Assembly: GCF_001194135.2 (NCBI RefSeq)
Contig: NC_068989.1
Span: 76,369,925-76,421,205, forward strand
Direction: 5' to 3'
DNA: 51,281 nt
Origin: Octopus bimaculoides
Taxonomy: Eukaryota
The notes under the pieces are model-generated. The model worked only from the letters and a program-made list of their open reading frames with translations. It was not told the origin of the DNA and ran no database searches. Shown piece by piece: positions 11,710 to 23,385 of this stretch (positions within the stretch are counted from its first letter, which is position 1; the number at the start of each line of letters is the position of its first letter). Made by a program: the position numbers and the translations under genes.

Positions 11710-11761
11710 CATTCTGAAGAGGTCTGCCAAACCATTGGCCAGATTGAAACGTGCGTAAATG
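11710..11761 (+). ncRNA. Minimal type-I hammerhead ribozyme (Penelope/retrozyme type), intact core
   Basis: CATT-CTGAAGA-[GGTCTGCCAA acca TTGGcCAGATT]-GAAAC-GTGC-GTA-AATG: stem I CATT/AATG, about 10-bp stem II, near-palindromic stem III ACGTGCGT, GUA cleavage triplet. Confidence 0.8.
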
Positions 11762-11988
11762 ACTAATTACATAACCTCCACATAATAAAACAACGGCTAA
11801 CTAGCCCAACAGAATTGCTTCTTCTTGTATTTGTTGCTCCATTCTCCACATAAATATAATTATAAACTACGGTTTAAACAGTAAATTACCTGCCTCTGGA
11901 TGCCCTCTAACCAAGACGGTACCCGCATAGGTGATTCCCAGGAGTGCCTCCGGATTTAAACATCCCCTGGTTGCTTGNNNNNNNNNNT

Positions 11989-12062
11989 CGATTTTCTCGA
12001 CTAAAGGCGGTGCTCCAGCATGGCCGCAGTCAAATGACTGAAACAAGTAAAAGAGTAAAACA
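11989..12062 (+). mobile_element. SINE family D 3' end
   Basis: CGACTAAAGGCGGTGCTCCAGCATGGCCGCAGTCAAATGACTGAAACAAGTAAAAGAG. Confidence 0.75.
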
Positions 12063-12149
12063 GTAAAGGAGTACGTAAAAAAAGAGCACTTACGAGGGTT
12101 ACAGAATATTTATTCGATAAAAGGGAGAGTGAAAATTTTAAAGATTTTT

Positions 12150-13856
12150 CTAATGAATAAAGCAGACATGCAAGTTACTAGACGCACCCAACTCCTCTCC
12201 AGCCTGAACTTTCACAAAGCTGATTGGAAGGGTATCGAGAAAGCGGTTATGGAACAGAACTGGTCTGCCAGTCTCTCAACAGAAGATATTGCGATAAAGC
12301 TACAACATGTTATGACGATCATCGTGACATCTGCAGTAAGTTTGCTCCAGAGAAAATGCCAAGCAAGCAGTAAGATAGAGTACCCAGGGATGGGAGAATT
12401 CTAATGAGACGACGAGAAAAAATCTCAAATCGTCTAAATAGGCCAGTAAAGAATAACTATCTCAAACAAACATTGCTCGAGATCGAAAATGAACTCAAAC
12501 ACTTCCATGAAAAGGAGAGGACAGAAATGGAGGCCAGGGCTGTCCAAAATGTTAAAACAAACCTTAAAACCTACTATAGATATGCAAATAAATCTGCTTC
12601 AATACGGTACAAATAGGGCCATTATTTGAAGAAAATGGCTCACCGACTGCAGACCCCCAGATCAGTGAATACTGAATGCGCAATGCAAGAGTGTTTTCAC
12701 TACTCCTTTGGGACACTTGCAAGTAGCTATGTCTGGTAAGTTCTTTGGCTCCACAGCTCTACATAACGAAATGGCAATTATTGATAGCATCAACATAGAG
12801 GAAACTGATGTGATATCAGCCATTGATGAAATGAGCTCAAATTCAGCCACAGGTTGTGATAGATTCTCAGCAATTCTCCTAGCAAGACCATTTCAAATCC
12901 TCTCTTCTAGAGCTTCCTCGCAACTGGTAGACTTCCCAAAAAGTTAAAGGAAAGCATAATATGCCCCATCCATAAGTGAGGTAGCAAAGCAGATGCTAAG
13001 AATTATCTCTCTAACTTCTCATATCAGCAAAGCCATGGAGCGCATTGTCAGGAAGAAACTGATTGCGTTCCTTGAAGATAATGACTTGTTTCCTGGCATG
13101 ATTTTCGCTCAGGAAGAAGCTGCCTTACACAGCTTTTGCAGCACCATGACTGAATGTTGAAACAATTACTGAATCGCTCAAACGTGGATGTAATAGATTA
13201 TGACTTTCGGAAGCCCTTTGATTAGGTTGATCACTGGATGAAATGTCACAAACTACGGTAACTCAGCAGAATTGGGAGAATCGGAGAGTGGTTGCGCGAC
13301 TTCTTAAAAGACAGAAACCAGGCTGTAGGAGCCAACGGAGCCCTCTACACGGAGACATTACTAGACACTGGAGTATCTTAGGGGACTGTATTGGGGCCGC
13401 TGCTGTTCATGGTGGCTCTTTCAGATATGCTGTCAGTTAAACAGACAGCCACGAAAGTACTACAAGTAATCAAGGAACCTTCTGATGCTAATCTTCTACA
13501 GAAAGATCTAGGTGCCACATATATAAATGGGCTGAGGACAACAACATGCAATTAATGCAGGAAAATTCCAAGCCCTCTGCTACCAGATGATTGGTGTTCA
13601 GAAGTCCCACCAACAATATTTTGGGCCAAAAGGAGCGGCAATCATAGAATCACATACGGTGTGTGATCTTGGGATTGATATGAGAAATGATCCCTCGTTT
13701 CACTTGCATGTCACCAAAATGGTGGCAGTGTTCAGTCGAATGGCAGGATGAATTCTGAGAACTTTAGAAAAAGGGACCAGAAAACTATGCTGGTCCTATG
13801 GAGGCAATTTGTCTTCAGCCGTCTGGTCTACTGCTCTCAACTGTAGTCAATTTTTA
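12150..13856 (+). mobile_element. CR1/L2-type LINE ORF2 (reverse transcriptase) pseudogene
   Basis: Frameshifted RT motifs: LNFHKADW, ICPIHK, SLTSHISKAMERIVRKKL, DFSEAFD, GVS.GTVLGPLLF, WAEDNNMQ.NAGKFQ and SRLVYCSQL. Confidence 0.9.
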
Positions 13857-13973
13857 GTCGAACGACCTCATTACTTATATATATATATATATATATATNN
13901 NNNNNNNNNNNNNNNNNNNNNNNNNNNNNNNNNNNNNNNNNNNNNNNNNNNNNNNNNNNNNNNNNNNNNNNNN

Positions 13974-14014
<41 letters not shown>

Positions 14015-14064
14015 ATTATTTTTCGAAATTTTTCTGGAGAACATAATTTTCTTTGTGGTTGGGT

Positions 14065-14400
14065 CGTTGATGGCTGTATGGCTAAGAAGTTTGCATCCAA
14101 ACCACGAGGTCCTGGGTTCTGTCGTACTGCTTGAGATCTTGGACAAATAATATTTGTTATACCCTCGGATTGACCTGTATCTTCTAAGGCATATTGGAAA
14201 GACTGAAACTGTATAGAAGCTTACCTGGTACATATTACCTCTGATTGAGGAAGTACAGCCTTATCACAAGCACGGTGTCACACTGATTGTACCCGAAAAT
14301 TACGTTAAGGGCTCATGTGTCTGTGGGATATACAGCTACTTATACCTTAATTCTGAAGCAGTTTGTTCAGATGATCGAACAACTTGATCCTCATTATTGA
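14065..14400 (+). mobile_element. Old SINE: family-D-like head plus family-B-like 3' module
   Basis: Head GGCTGTATGGCTAAGAAGTTTGC...GGGTTC; tail GTGTCACACTGATTGTACCCGAAAATTACGTTAAGGG matches the reverse complement of 26830-26880. Confidence 0.55.
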
Positions 14401-14720
14401 ACTATTGACGTGCAGCATAATCAATTTTATATTGGAGTTCCTTGAGCAGGGTCGTCTTAGTAGCAAGAAAACCCCTTGGGCAAATCAGTGCACTGACCCC
14501 TATAGTATTTATTTATTAACAACAAGCCATACCATTTATAAATTCGAATTAAGACCTGTGTGACCATCCTTTAAGACGGTACTGTCTTATAATGTATCTT
14601 AAAAGTTCCCCAATACGCAGAAAAGTTTGGAAACCACCGATGTATAGGTTAATACAGCTATGAAACGTAACAAAATTGTTGTTCAACAAGAAAGACTTCA
14701 TGATATTTCGAGAAGAAGAA

Positions 14721-15349
14721 GCGAACTCGCAGAAACGTTAGCACGCCGCGCGAAATGCTTAGCGGTATATTGTCTGCCGTTACGTTCTGAGTTCAAATTC
14801 CGTCGAGGTCGACTTTGCCTTTCATCCTTTCGGGGGCGATAAATTAAGTACCAGTTACGCACTGGGGTCGATGTAATCGACTTAATACCTTTGTCTGTTC
14901 TTGTTTGTCCCATCTATGTTCAGCCCCTTGTGGGCAATAAAGAAATAAGAAACGTTAGCATGCTGGGCGAAATGCTCAGCGGTATTTCGCCTATCTTTAC
15001 GTTCTGGGTTCAAATTCCGCCGAGGTGGACTTTGCCATTCATCTTTACGGGGTCGATTAAATAAGTACCAGTTACGCACTGAGGTCGATGTAAGCGACTT
15101 ATTCATTTGTCTGTCCTTGTTTGTCCCTTTGTGGGCAATAAAGAAATAAGAAACGTTAGCACGGCAGGTGAAATGCCTAGCAGCATTTAGTCTGTCTTTA
15201 TGTTCTGAGTTCAAATTCCGCGAAGGTCGATTTTGCCTTTCATCCTTTCAGGATCGATAAATTAAGTACAAGTTAAGTATCGGGGTCGATTTAATTGACT
15301 GGCCCCTCCCCCCAAAATCTCGGACTTTGCACCTAGAGTAGAAAAGAAT
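14721..15349 (+). mobile_element. Head-to-tail trimer of the dominant SINE
   Basis: Units start with GAAACGTTAGCA at 14732, 14949 and 15150; units 1-2 end in GGCAATAAAGAAATAA; unit 3 has the other tail type. Confidence 0.9.
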
Positions 15350-15357
15350 ATAGTTCG

Positions 15358-15625
15358 AGAAGGCGCGTGGCTTATAGGCTAGGTATTCATTTCGCGATTG
15401 TAAGGTCGTGAGTTCGATTCCTGGCAGCGCGTTGCTGAGTTCACTCAGCTGACAAAAATGAGATGTACCCGTAGTGTAAAGGTACAGCTCTGTGTCTCGC
15501 TGAGAATTACGTTAAGTGTATGCGTGTCTGTGGAGTGCTCACTCACTTGCACGTTAATTTCGCGAGCAATTTGCTTGGATCAACTGGAACACTCTATTGT
15601 CGTAAACGACTGCGAGCCAGGCAGG
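15358..15625 (+). mobile_element. SINE with tRNA head, CORE-like remnant and family-B 3' module
   Basis: GAGTTCGATTCC B-box, GTTCACTCAGCTGACAAAAATGAG, then GAATTACGTTAAG...GTCTGTGGAGTGCTC...GATCAACTGGAAC. Confidence 0.7.
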
Positions 15626-16822
15626 CAATATATTTCTAACGTCCCCAACCTTCAAATAACACATAAATAAACTCGAGTTTTCAAGTTTCTTATTGACTAC
15701 TTTTTTGTTTGTTCGTCTGTCTGTTTTTTTTTCCTGTCTTTCTCTCTACCCCTCTTACCTCATTTGTGTAACACAAAAATGAATTAATATTATTCCTTCT
15801 CTTTCTCCCCTCTGTCTTCACCTCGGCTTTTCTGTTTCTGTTTGTCTCTCATTTCTCCTACCTCTTTCACTATGCTGCCTATATCACATTTTTTTTGTTA
15901 GGTTATTACCTTTCAGCTTTTTTTTTTTTTCATATCTTGCTTCACCTTTCCCCTTCCTTTACAATAACAATGACAACTGCAGCGAAATAAAAGCTCACCT
16001 GAACACAATAGTAACAATGCCTGTAACAACATTTCTCCCTACGCCTTCAAGTGACAGAGCATAAGCTAGAGAGAGGGAAGAGAGGGAGAGAGAGAGAGAA
16101 AGAGAGTGAGTGTGAACAAAAATAAGAGGGGGTGACTTATTTATTTATTTATTTATTTTGTTATAAGGAAGGAGGTTAGCGAAAGAGAATGACAGAATAA
16201 GAGACAGACAAATAAATAGGTAGAGAGAGAAAGAGAGAGAGAGAGACTGAGAACTAGACAGAAAGGATAAAAAATACAGAGGGTGTAGGATATTGAGAGA
16301 GAGACACGCACACACACAAACAATTAAATAGAAAGTCATAGAAATTTAGGCGAGAAGGTGGAGCGGTAGATGAGCTGGTCTAGATTTACTAAATTATATA
16401 CAGATTGAAACGAGTGACACCTGGCTACTAAAGTCATGGGAATCAACAGGTAGAAACCAGAAAAGAAAAAAAAAAAAAGGGGGAAACATCATATCAAGGA
16501 AGAATAGCAGAAGAAGAAAACAACATTCATATTAAGAGAAGCAAAGGAATGTACAGGGAAAACAAAATACAATAAGTGATTATAGGTCTTTCCATCTACG
16601 AACTTTCATTTATCAAATACAAATTTTGCACTATATTTTTTGCTACCTTGAAAACACATTTGTACATATAAATATATTATCAGACATTGCTCTTTCTCTC
16701 TATATATAAACTTATATACATATATACATTAATATACTTATATATATTACATACTTATATTCATATATTCATACACACATATACATATATAAATATATAC
16801 ATCATCATAACTTTAGAAAAAG

Positions 16823-16931
16823 ATGTCTTGCTCAACAGATAGGATACCTGTTGCCTCAGGAAGGAGATGGTGTCAAACAAGTTATTTATCGCTACTACAA
16901 ATATTATTATTTATACTTTTGTGTCGAGCAG
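16823..16931 (+). CDS. First coding (signal-peptide) exon of membrane-protein gene B
   Basis: ATG at 16823; reads MSCSTDRIPVASGRRWCQTSYLSLLQILLFILLCRA with a hydrophobic core; canonical donor CAG|GTGAGT in phase 1, typical of signal-peptide exons. Confidence 0.78.
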
Positions 16932-17160
16932 GTGAGTTACATTTTTTAAATGTATTTTATATTAAATGTTTTTAACATCATTTCATGTTATAGAAGAAAA
17001 CAACAGCTCATAGATATACATGCCCGCCCGCATGACACACACAGACATTCACACAGACAGAGACGCAGACAAAGACACACACACACACACATTCACATAC
17101 ACACGCATACACATATACACACAGACACAGATACGCATCACCCTCAAGCTTGAGTCTGTG

Positions 17161-17212
<52 letters not shown>

Positions 17213-17944
17213 TACGCACACACATACACGCACACACAAACATGAATTAGAAAAACAACACTTGAATGGAAGAGAAGGTCGAAGGCTAACTATATATACA
17301 TGTGTAAACATACATACATAAATACACACACACATACACACATACATATATAATATACACACATGGAAGCATACACAATTATGAACACATACACACAAAG
17401 TAAAGTTTCAAAGTGATCACCCACATTTTCCTATTTGATACCCACTACAGTCAATACACACAAACATTTATGCACATATACAAACGTACATAAATATATA
17501 TACGTATTTAAAAAAAAAATATAGATATATATATACACACGTACGTAAATACCTATGCGTAAACATATATAAGCAGTTGTTTGTATTCACACATATACGA
17601 ACACCCATACAGTCAAACAAAGACACACAAACAAATTAAATAAAACGTACACATTCACTTCTTATACACATAGGTACATAAATGCATATGTACATACATA
17701 CGCAGACACATAGATACACGTATGACCAAACACACACACACACACATATATATATACACTACAACAAATAAATAAGACACACATTTCCTTTACGGGCCCC
17801 TACTTGTGTCACAATGATTATATGTGCTCCAATGCATATTGAAATATCTGTAGGGATTGCGATCGAATTTTATATTTAGATCGCGTATATATAGCAGAGT
17901 GTATATACAAATACATACACACATACATATGTGTGTGTGTGTGT

Positions 17945-18140
17945 GTGTCCTGGCATTTGTCTACCATCGCTTGTCAATGAGTATTCGCTTCTTTGCGTCC
18001 CTGTAACGTAGCGGTGCGGCAATGGATAACCCATAGAATAAGCAAAAGTTTTTGAAAACTTTAGGTACTTGTGTAGATTTATGCAACTAAAACCTTCGCG
18101 GCATTTTTCCATCATAGTCCCTGTTTCATGAACGAAACAT
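17945..18140 (+). mobile_element. SINE family D, 3' half, diverged
   Basis: ACCATCGCTTGTCAA...CCCTGTAACGTAGCGGTGCGGCAA...AGAATAAG...CAACTAAAACCTTC. Confidence 0.6.
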
Positions 18141-18204
18141 AATACACCCCCCCCCCCACACACACACATTTTTATATATACATGTGTGTATGTATGTATG
18201 TATG

Positions 18205-18255
<51 letters not shown>

Positions 18256-18362
18256 ATGTTTTGCTATCCATGTAATTGTTAGAGATGTATAATATTTAGC
18301 GCCTTATTATTCATGTGTGTGTGTAAATATGTATATATACGTACAACAAATGTGTGAGCGCG

Positions 18363-18404
<42 letters not shown>

Positions 18405-18673
18405 TACATACATGCATANNNNNNNNNNNNNNNNNNNNNNNNNNNNNNNNNNNNNNNNNNNNNNNNNNNNNNNNNNNNNNNNNNNNNNNNNNNNNNNNNN
18501 NNNNNNNNNNNNNNNNNNNNNNNNNNNNNNNNNNNNNNNNNNNNNNNNNNNNNNNNNNNNNNNNNNNNNNNNNNNNNNNNNNNNNNNNNNNNNNNNNNNN
18601 NNNNNNNNNNNNNNNNNNNNNNNNNNNNNNNNNNNNNNNNNNNNNNNNNNNNNNNNNNNNNNNNNNNNNNNNN

Positions 18674-18718
<45 letters not shown>

Positions 18719-18754
18719 ATATATGATCAAAATAAGCAACAAGATATCAAGAAG

Positions 18755-18838
18755 TGATGCCACACGACCGTTTCAAGCGGCTCCATTTAAGTGAACAATG
18801 CAATCATTACATCAATTTAAATGCAGGGCTATCCTCAG
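18755..18838 (-). ncRNA. Degenerate homologue of the 20704 hammerhead (probably inactive)
   Basis: Minus strand: CTGAGGA-TAGC...CATTTAA...TTAAATG...GCTT-GAAAC-GGTC-GTG; the triplet GUG violates the NUH rule and stem I is lost. Confidence 0.5.
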
Positions 18839-19613
18839 AATTCTAATCAGTCGGAGACATTAATATAATTTCAATCAAATACTCTAATAGAGCAAGAAGA
18901 TAGAAAAAAATCCACGTTGCTACTAATGTAGTTAAGAATATTTTACACTTCCAAGAAATGTATGAAGTTCATTGTGGTCATATCTTGTAAAAGATTTTGG
19001 TACAGTTTAATTTATTAGTCGTTTTATCAACTACTAAATCTAAGACTAGAGGACTGTGTCTGTTTAGAATGGAGGGTAGCAGTGAGTTGACAGCTCATAG
19101 CTAGGCTTGGTTATACATATTGTCAAGATTTTAGGAGTAGTATAGTAGTATAAAGTAAATGCCTATAGAGGAGGCTGGGTCGTGGAGGACCCCGAATCAA
19201 GATGTTAATTACCAGTTAAAGGGGCAAGACGTTAATAAAACCTATGATGTTAATAAAGAGGAAATTTTATCCTGTGATACTATGTGTGATTATTTATAAA
19301 CAATATTGCTACGTTGTATAAAGATAAAATTTAAGATTATCAAAAACGATATCATAACCAAAATAGATAAAATGTGTATATATACGAATTATCAACATTA
19401 AAAAGGGAAGGGTACATAGAATCAGTTTAATATTCATTCATGTACATAATTAATTACTAATAAGTAAATCACTTCTTCATGTCCAGTTGCTTATTTTGAT
19501 TTTATTCACCTTACTTTAAGTTGTACGGATAATACTGCACTGACTTGGTGCTTCAACTTAAATACCAAATTCTACTGAATCTCATATATATATATATATA
19601 TATGGTTTCGGCT

Positions 19614-19661
19614 GCTCTACATTGATAAGGGGCAAACATCCTGAAACTAGTCTGTAGATGC
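19614..19661 (+). ncRNA. Minimal hammerhead ribozyme motif with decayed core
   Basis: TCTACA-TTGATAA-GGG gcaaacat CCT-GAAACTAGTC-TGTAGA: perfect 6-bp stem I, palindrome ACTAGT, GUC triplet; the core differs from CTGATGA by two transitions. Confidence 0.6.
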
Positions 19662-20451
19662 TAGACCAACAAGGAGAAGCGGCTGAACTACCCTGTCCGA
19701 AGGTTATAATGGACACAGGTTCGTGTGTTACATAGCTAGCTAGAGGCGATGGCCTCTTGGAGCTAATGAACGGCAGCATTCGTCCTATTTTTTGGACTGC
19801 CATGTTGGCTTGGCGATAACTATTAATATATATATCAGTACATATACAAATGTGTACATGTGCATTCATACACACACATATACACAATACACACACAAAT
19901 AGATATATAACGAAGTTCTATACACGTTCAATATACTTATTGGTAGTCTCACTGTAAGCATGGCTGAATAAACGTCGTGTTTTTGTGGGTGTGGAGTCAT
20001 GAACATGGCATACTGTTTCATCTGTAGTTAAAGACACAACTGTTTTTTTTCTCTCAACTTACAATTTGCCTAGACGAAGGAAAATATTATTTTCAATAAG
20101 GAATGTGAACTCAATTACGACGGGCTTGTCAGAGTGTTCTTTCTATAAAATGTTTTAAAGTTGTTACGCCTCACTAAATAGCAAATATGTTAAGTAAATT
20201 CCTATTAACACAAACACGCGCACGCGCGCATACGAATACGCTTACACACACACGCACACACACACACACAGAGGCTTACATACACATGCATATGTAGATA
20301 GATATGAAGTAATAATTAATTGTTAGAACTCAATATACGTGTGTTTTTGTACGCTGTATAATAGAAATTAACGACAAATTGAACACGAATTGCGTAATCA
20401 CTTGCAGATATTTCTTTTTTGTTTCATGGTCATGAAGCAATGAAATAGAAC

Positions 20452-20490
<39 letters not shown>

Positions 20491-20703
20491 GGTGAATATA
20501 GTACTTAAGTTTATGCACCAGAATTAAGTATGGTACTATCCATACAGTTTCAAAATAAGGTGATTAGATTATTTACTAGCCTGTATGGTCTGACTAAGTC
20601 AAAATTGTTTTTGTATTCTTCCTTTCTACTTGGAGAGTTTAAATGTAGTTACAAATATATGTCCTTCTGTTGAAATGTAATTTCAGTGAATTTCTATATC
20701 TTT

Positions 20704-20793
20704 GTGCAGCTGAGGAATGCTCTGCATTTTATATTTGATGTAATGTTCACATTGCTTAATTAAATGGAGTCGCATGAAACGATCGTAGTGCAT
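20704..20793 (+). ncRNA. Type-I hammerhead ribozyme with extended stem II and intact core
   Basis: GTGCAG-CTGAGGA-ATGC...(51 nt)...GCAT-GAAAC-GATC-GTA-GTGCAT: perfect palindrome ACGATCGT and GUA triplet; stem I has a G.G mismatch at the core-proximal pair. Confidence 0.72.
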
Positions 20794-20823
20794 TAACTTC
20801 GGATATCCTTGTTGCTTATTTTG

Positions 20824-20898
<75 letters not shown>

Positions 20899-21182
20899 TA
20901 TATGTATATTGATAATATTAATAATAGTATCAATAATAACAATAATAATAATAATAATAATAAAAATAATAATAATAACAATAATATTGATGATGATTAT
21001 TACGAAGTACCGTAGCTTTACGTTTAATTGTTTTTGATATATATAAAGTTCTAAATAGACCTACACATATTTCTACGGCATCGATGAGCAACTGTTGCAA
21101 CTGAAACCCGGCTATAATACCGGTGCAGTTTCTTAAGGTTATTCGTTTTAATGTCCTTTGATTTAACTGTTTAAAGGTTTTC

Positions 21183-21213
<31 letters not shown>

Positions 21214-21344
21214 AGAAATAATAAAGATTCACTTGAATTAGGTACTTAAATTAAGGTACCTAGCCAGTTCGGTATAGTCCGCGCAGTTAGGTGAATAAGA
21301 AGCAAATAAGTAACAAGGATGCATTACGACCAAAGCGATCGGTT

Positions 21345-21430
21345 TATTTTAAATTGATCTGTTTTCATTGATGGATTCAATGGAGCCGCTTGAAACGGCC
21401 GTAATGCACTGATACCTGGACATCGTTGTT
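21345..21430 (+). ncRNA. 3' half of the same hammerhead family (no CUGANGA seen)
   Basis: AATGGAGCCGCTT-GAAAC-GGCC-GTA-ATGCA with perfect palindrome ACGGCCGT; homologous to 20763-20830. Confidence 0.5.
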
Positions 21431-21757
21431 ACGTATTTGCTTTATATANNNNNNNNNNNNNNNNNNNNNNNNNNNNNNNNNNNNNNNNNNNNNNNNNNNN
21501 NNNNNNNNNNNNNNNNNNNNNNNNNNNNNNNNNNNNNNNNNNNNNNNNNNNNNNNNNNNNNNNNNNNNNNNNNNNNNNNNNNNNNNNNNNNNNNNNNNNN
21601 NNNNNNNNNNNNNNNNNNNNNNNNNNNNNNNNNNNNNNNNNNNNNNNNNNNNNNNNNNNNNNNNNNNNNNNNNNNNNNNNNNNNNNNNNNNNNACCGGTG
21701 CAGTTTCTTAAGGTTATTCGTTTTAATGTCCTTTGATTTAACTGTTTAAAGGTTTTC

Positions 21758-21791
<34 letters not shown>

Positions 21792-22100
21792 ATTTTTTAC
21801 TTGGGTTTTGTACATGTACATGCAGGCATATGAGTATAAACTTCAATCATATCCACCTCTTAGTTTCCATATATATGTATCTGCCCCTTGTCCTCATATT
21901 GGCTTTCCCCTGAACACCTGGAAATTACTAATCTTGTCTTTTAATTGTCTTAAGCTATCTATAATTTTGTTTCAGTTCCACGCATGACAGATCATGAGTA
22001 ATGTTGAAGTATATTTGACATATTAGCACAACACCATAATATCGCCGGTTAATAAATTTGACAAGCGTATAATTTATCTTTTGCTTCGTGTAGCTGTTTA

Positions 22101-22240
22101 CCTCTCTCTTCTTCTTCTTCTTCTTCTTCTTCTTCTTCTTCTTCTTCTTCGTCTTCTTCTTCTTCTTCTTCTTCGTCTTCTTCTTCTTCTTCTTCTCCTC
22201 CTCCTCCTCCTCCTTCTCCCCCTCCTCCTCCTCCTTCTAA
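22101..22240. repeat. (TTC)n/(CTC)n compound microsatellite
   Basis: Pyrimidine trinucleotide run; it explains the poly-E and poly-L ORFs. Confidence 0.9.
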
Positions 22241-22764
22241 CTCCTTCGCTCCTTCTTTCCTATATCGACTTCTAACGCTTGCCATCGTATGTATTTCCAT
22301 ACATCTCCACCTTCTCCTCTATTTCTTTCTTATCTCCTCATTCACATTATCCGCTGTCCTAACTTCATTCTCCTTCCTCTCCCACACTCAATGTGGTCAA
22401 CTACCTTAAAACTTAAAACAAAACAAAACAGACATATTTAATCTGAATCACTAACTCAGTTTCTGCAGTCCCCGCTGCTGGAACTTGCTTGTACCATATA
22501 TTATTTAACATACCAAACCTTAAGACGGACACTCCCTTATTAACGGCATTTCGTGCTAGACAAATTGCAGTCTCTCGATGCCGACATAAGGAGAATCTTC
22601 GAACTCAGTTGATATTTTGTCAAAACAATCTACCTTAGTGCACATTGATATATGAAAGGCGTCTTCAAATAAAATTATATACACATTTATAAAGAAAAAA
22701 ATCATGCATATATATGTGTGTCTGCGTGTGTTTGTTTCTCTCTCTGTCTCTGTACATACACACG

Positions 22765-22824
<60 letters not shown>

Positions 22825-23214
22825 NNNNNNNNNNNNNNNNNNNNNNNNNNNNNNNNNNNNNNNNNNNNNNNNNNNNNNNNNNNNNNNNNNNNNNNNNNNN
22901 NNNNNNNNNNNNNNNNNNNNNNNNNNNNNNNNNNNNNNNNNNNNNNNNNNNNNNNNNNNNNNNNNNNNNNNNNNNNNNNNNNNNNNNNNNNNNNNNNNNN
23001 NNNNNNNNNNNNNNNNNNNNNNNNNNNNNNNNNNNNNNNNNNNNNNNNNNNNNNNNNNNNNNNNNNNNNNNNNNNNNNNNNNNNNNNNNNNNNNNNNNNN
23101 NNNNNNNNNNNNNNNNNNNNNNNNNNNNNNNNNNNNNNNNNNNNNNNNNNNNNNNNNNNNNNNNNNNNNNNNNNNNNNNNNNNNNNNNNNNNNNNNNNAT
23201 ATATATATATATAT

Positions 23215-23338
23215 GCAGCGGTTTGACAAAATAATGGAAAAACCTTCAAATTTCAAACAAATTTATTTTAATATGGGGTAGGACCGCCTTTGGCAGTAAT
23301 TACAGTTTGAATTCTAAGAGGCATGGACTCATACAAAG

Positions 23339-23340
<2 letters not shown>
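23215..23340 (+). mobile_element. Tc1-like DNA transposon terminal fragment
   Basis: CAGCGGTTTGACAAAATAATGGAAA TIR-like start and GGACCGCCTTTGGCAGTAATTACAG...GAGGCATGGACTC subterminal sequence, lying between microsatellites. Confidence 0.5.

Positions 23341-23385
<45 letters not shown>

Noticed and set aside
21119-21787. Identical segment of about 95 bp at 21119-21212 and 21694-21787 on either side of an N gap
   Set aside because: Perfect identity at a gap edge ending in (TA)n is most simply a scaffolding or overlap artefact; a real duplication cannot be shown without reads
22540-22625. Minus-strand CTGAGTT...GAGAC-TGCA-ATTTGTC hammerhead-like pattern
   Set aside because: The core and GAAA are both degenerate and there is no stem I; insufficient support
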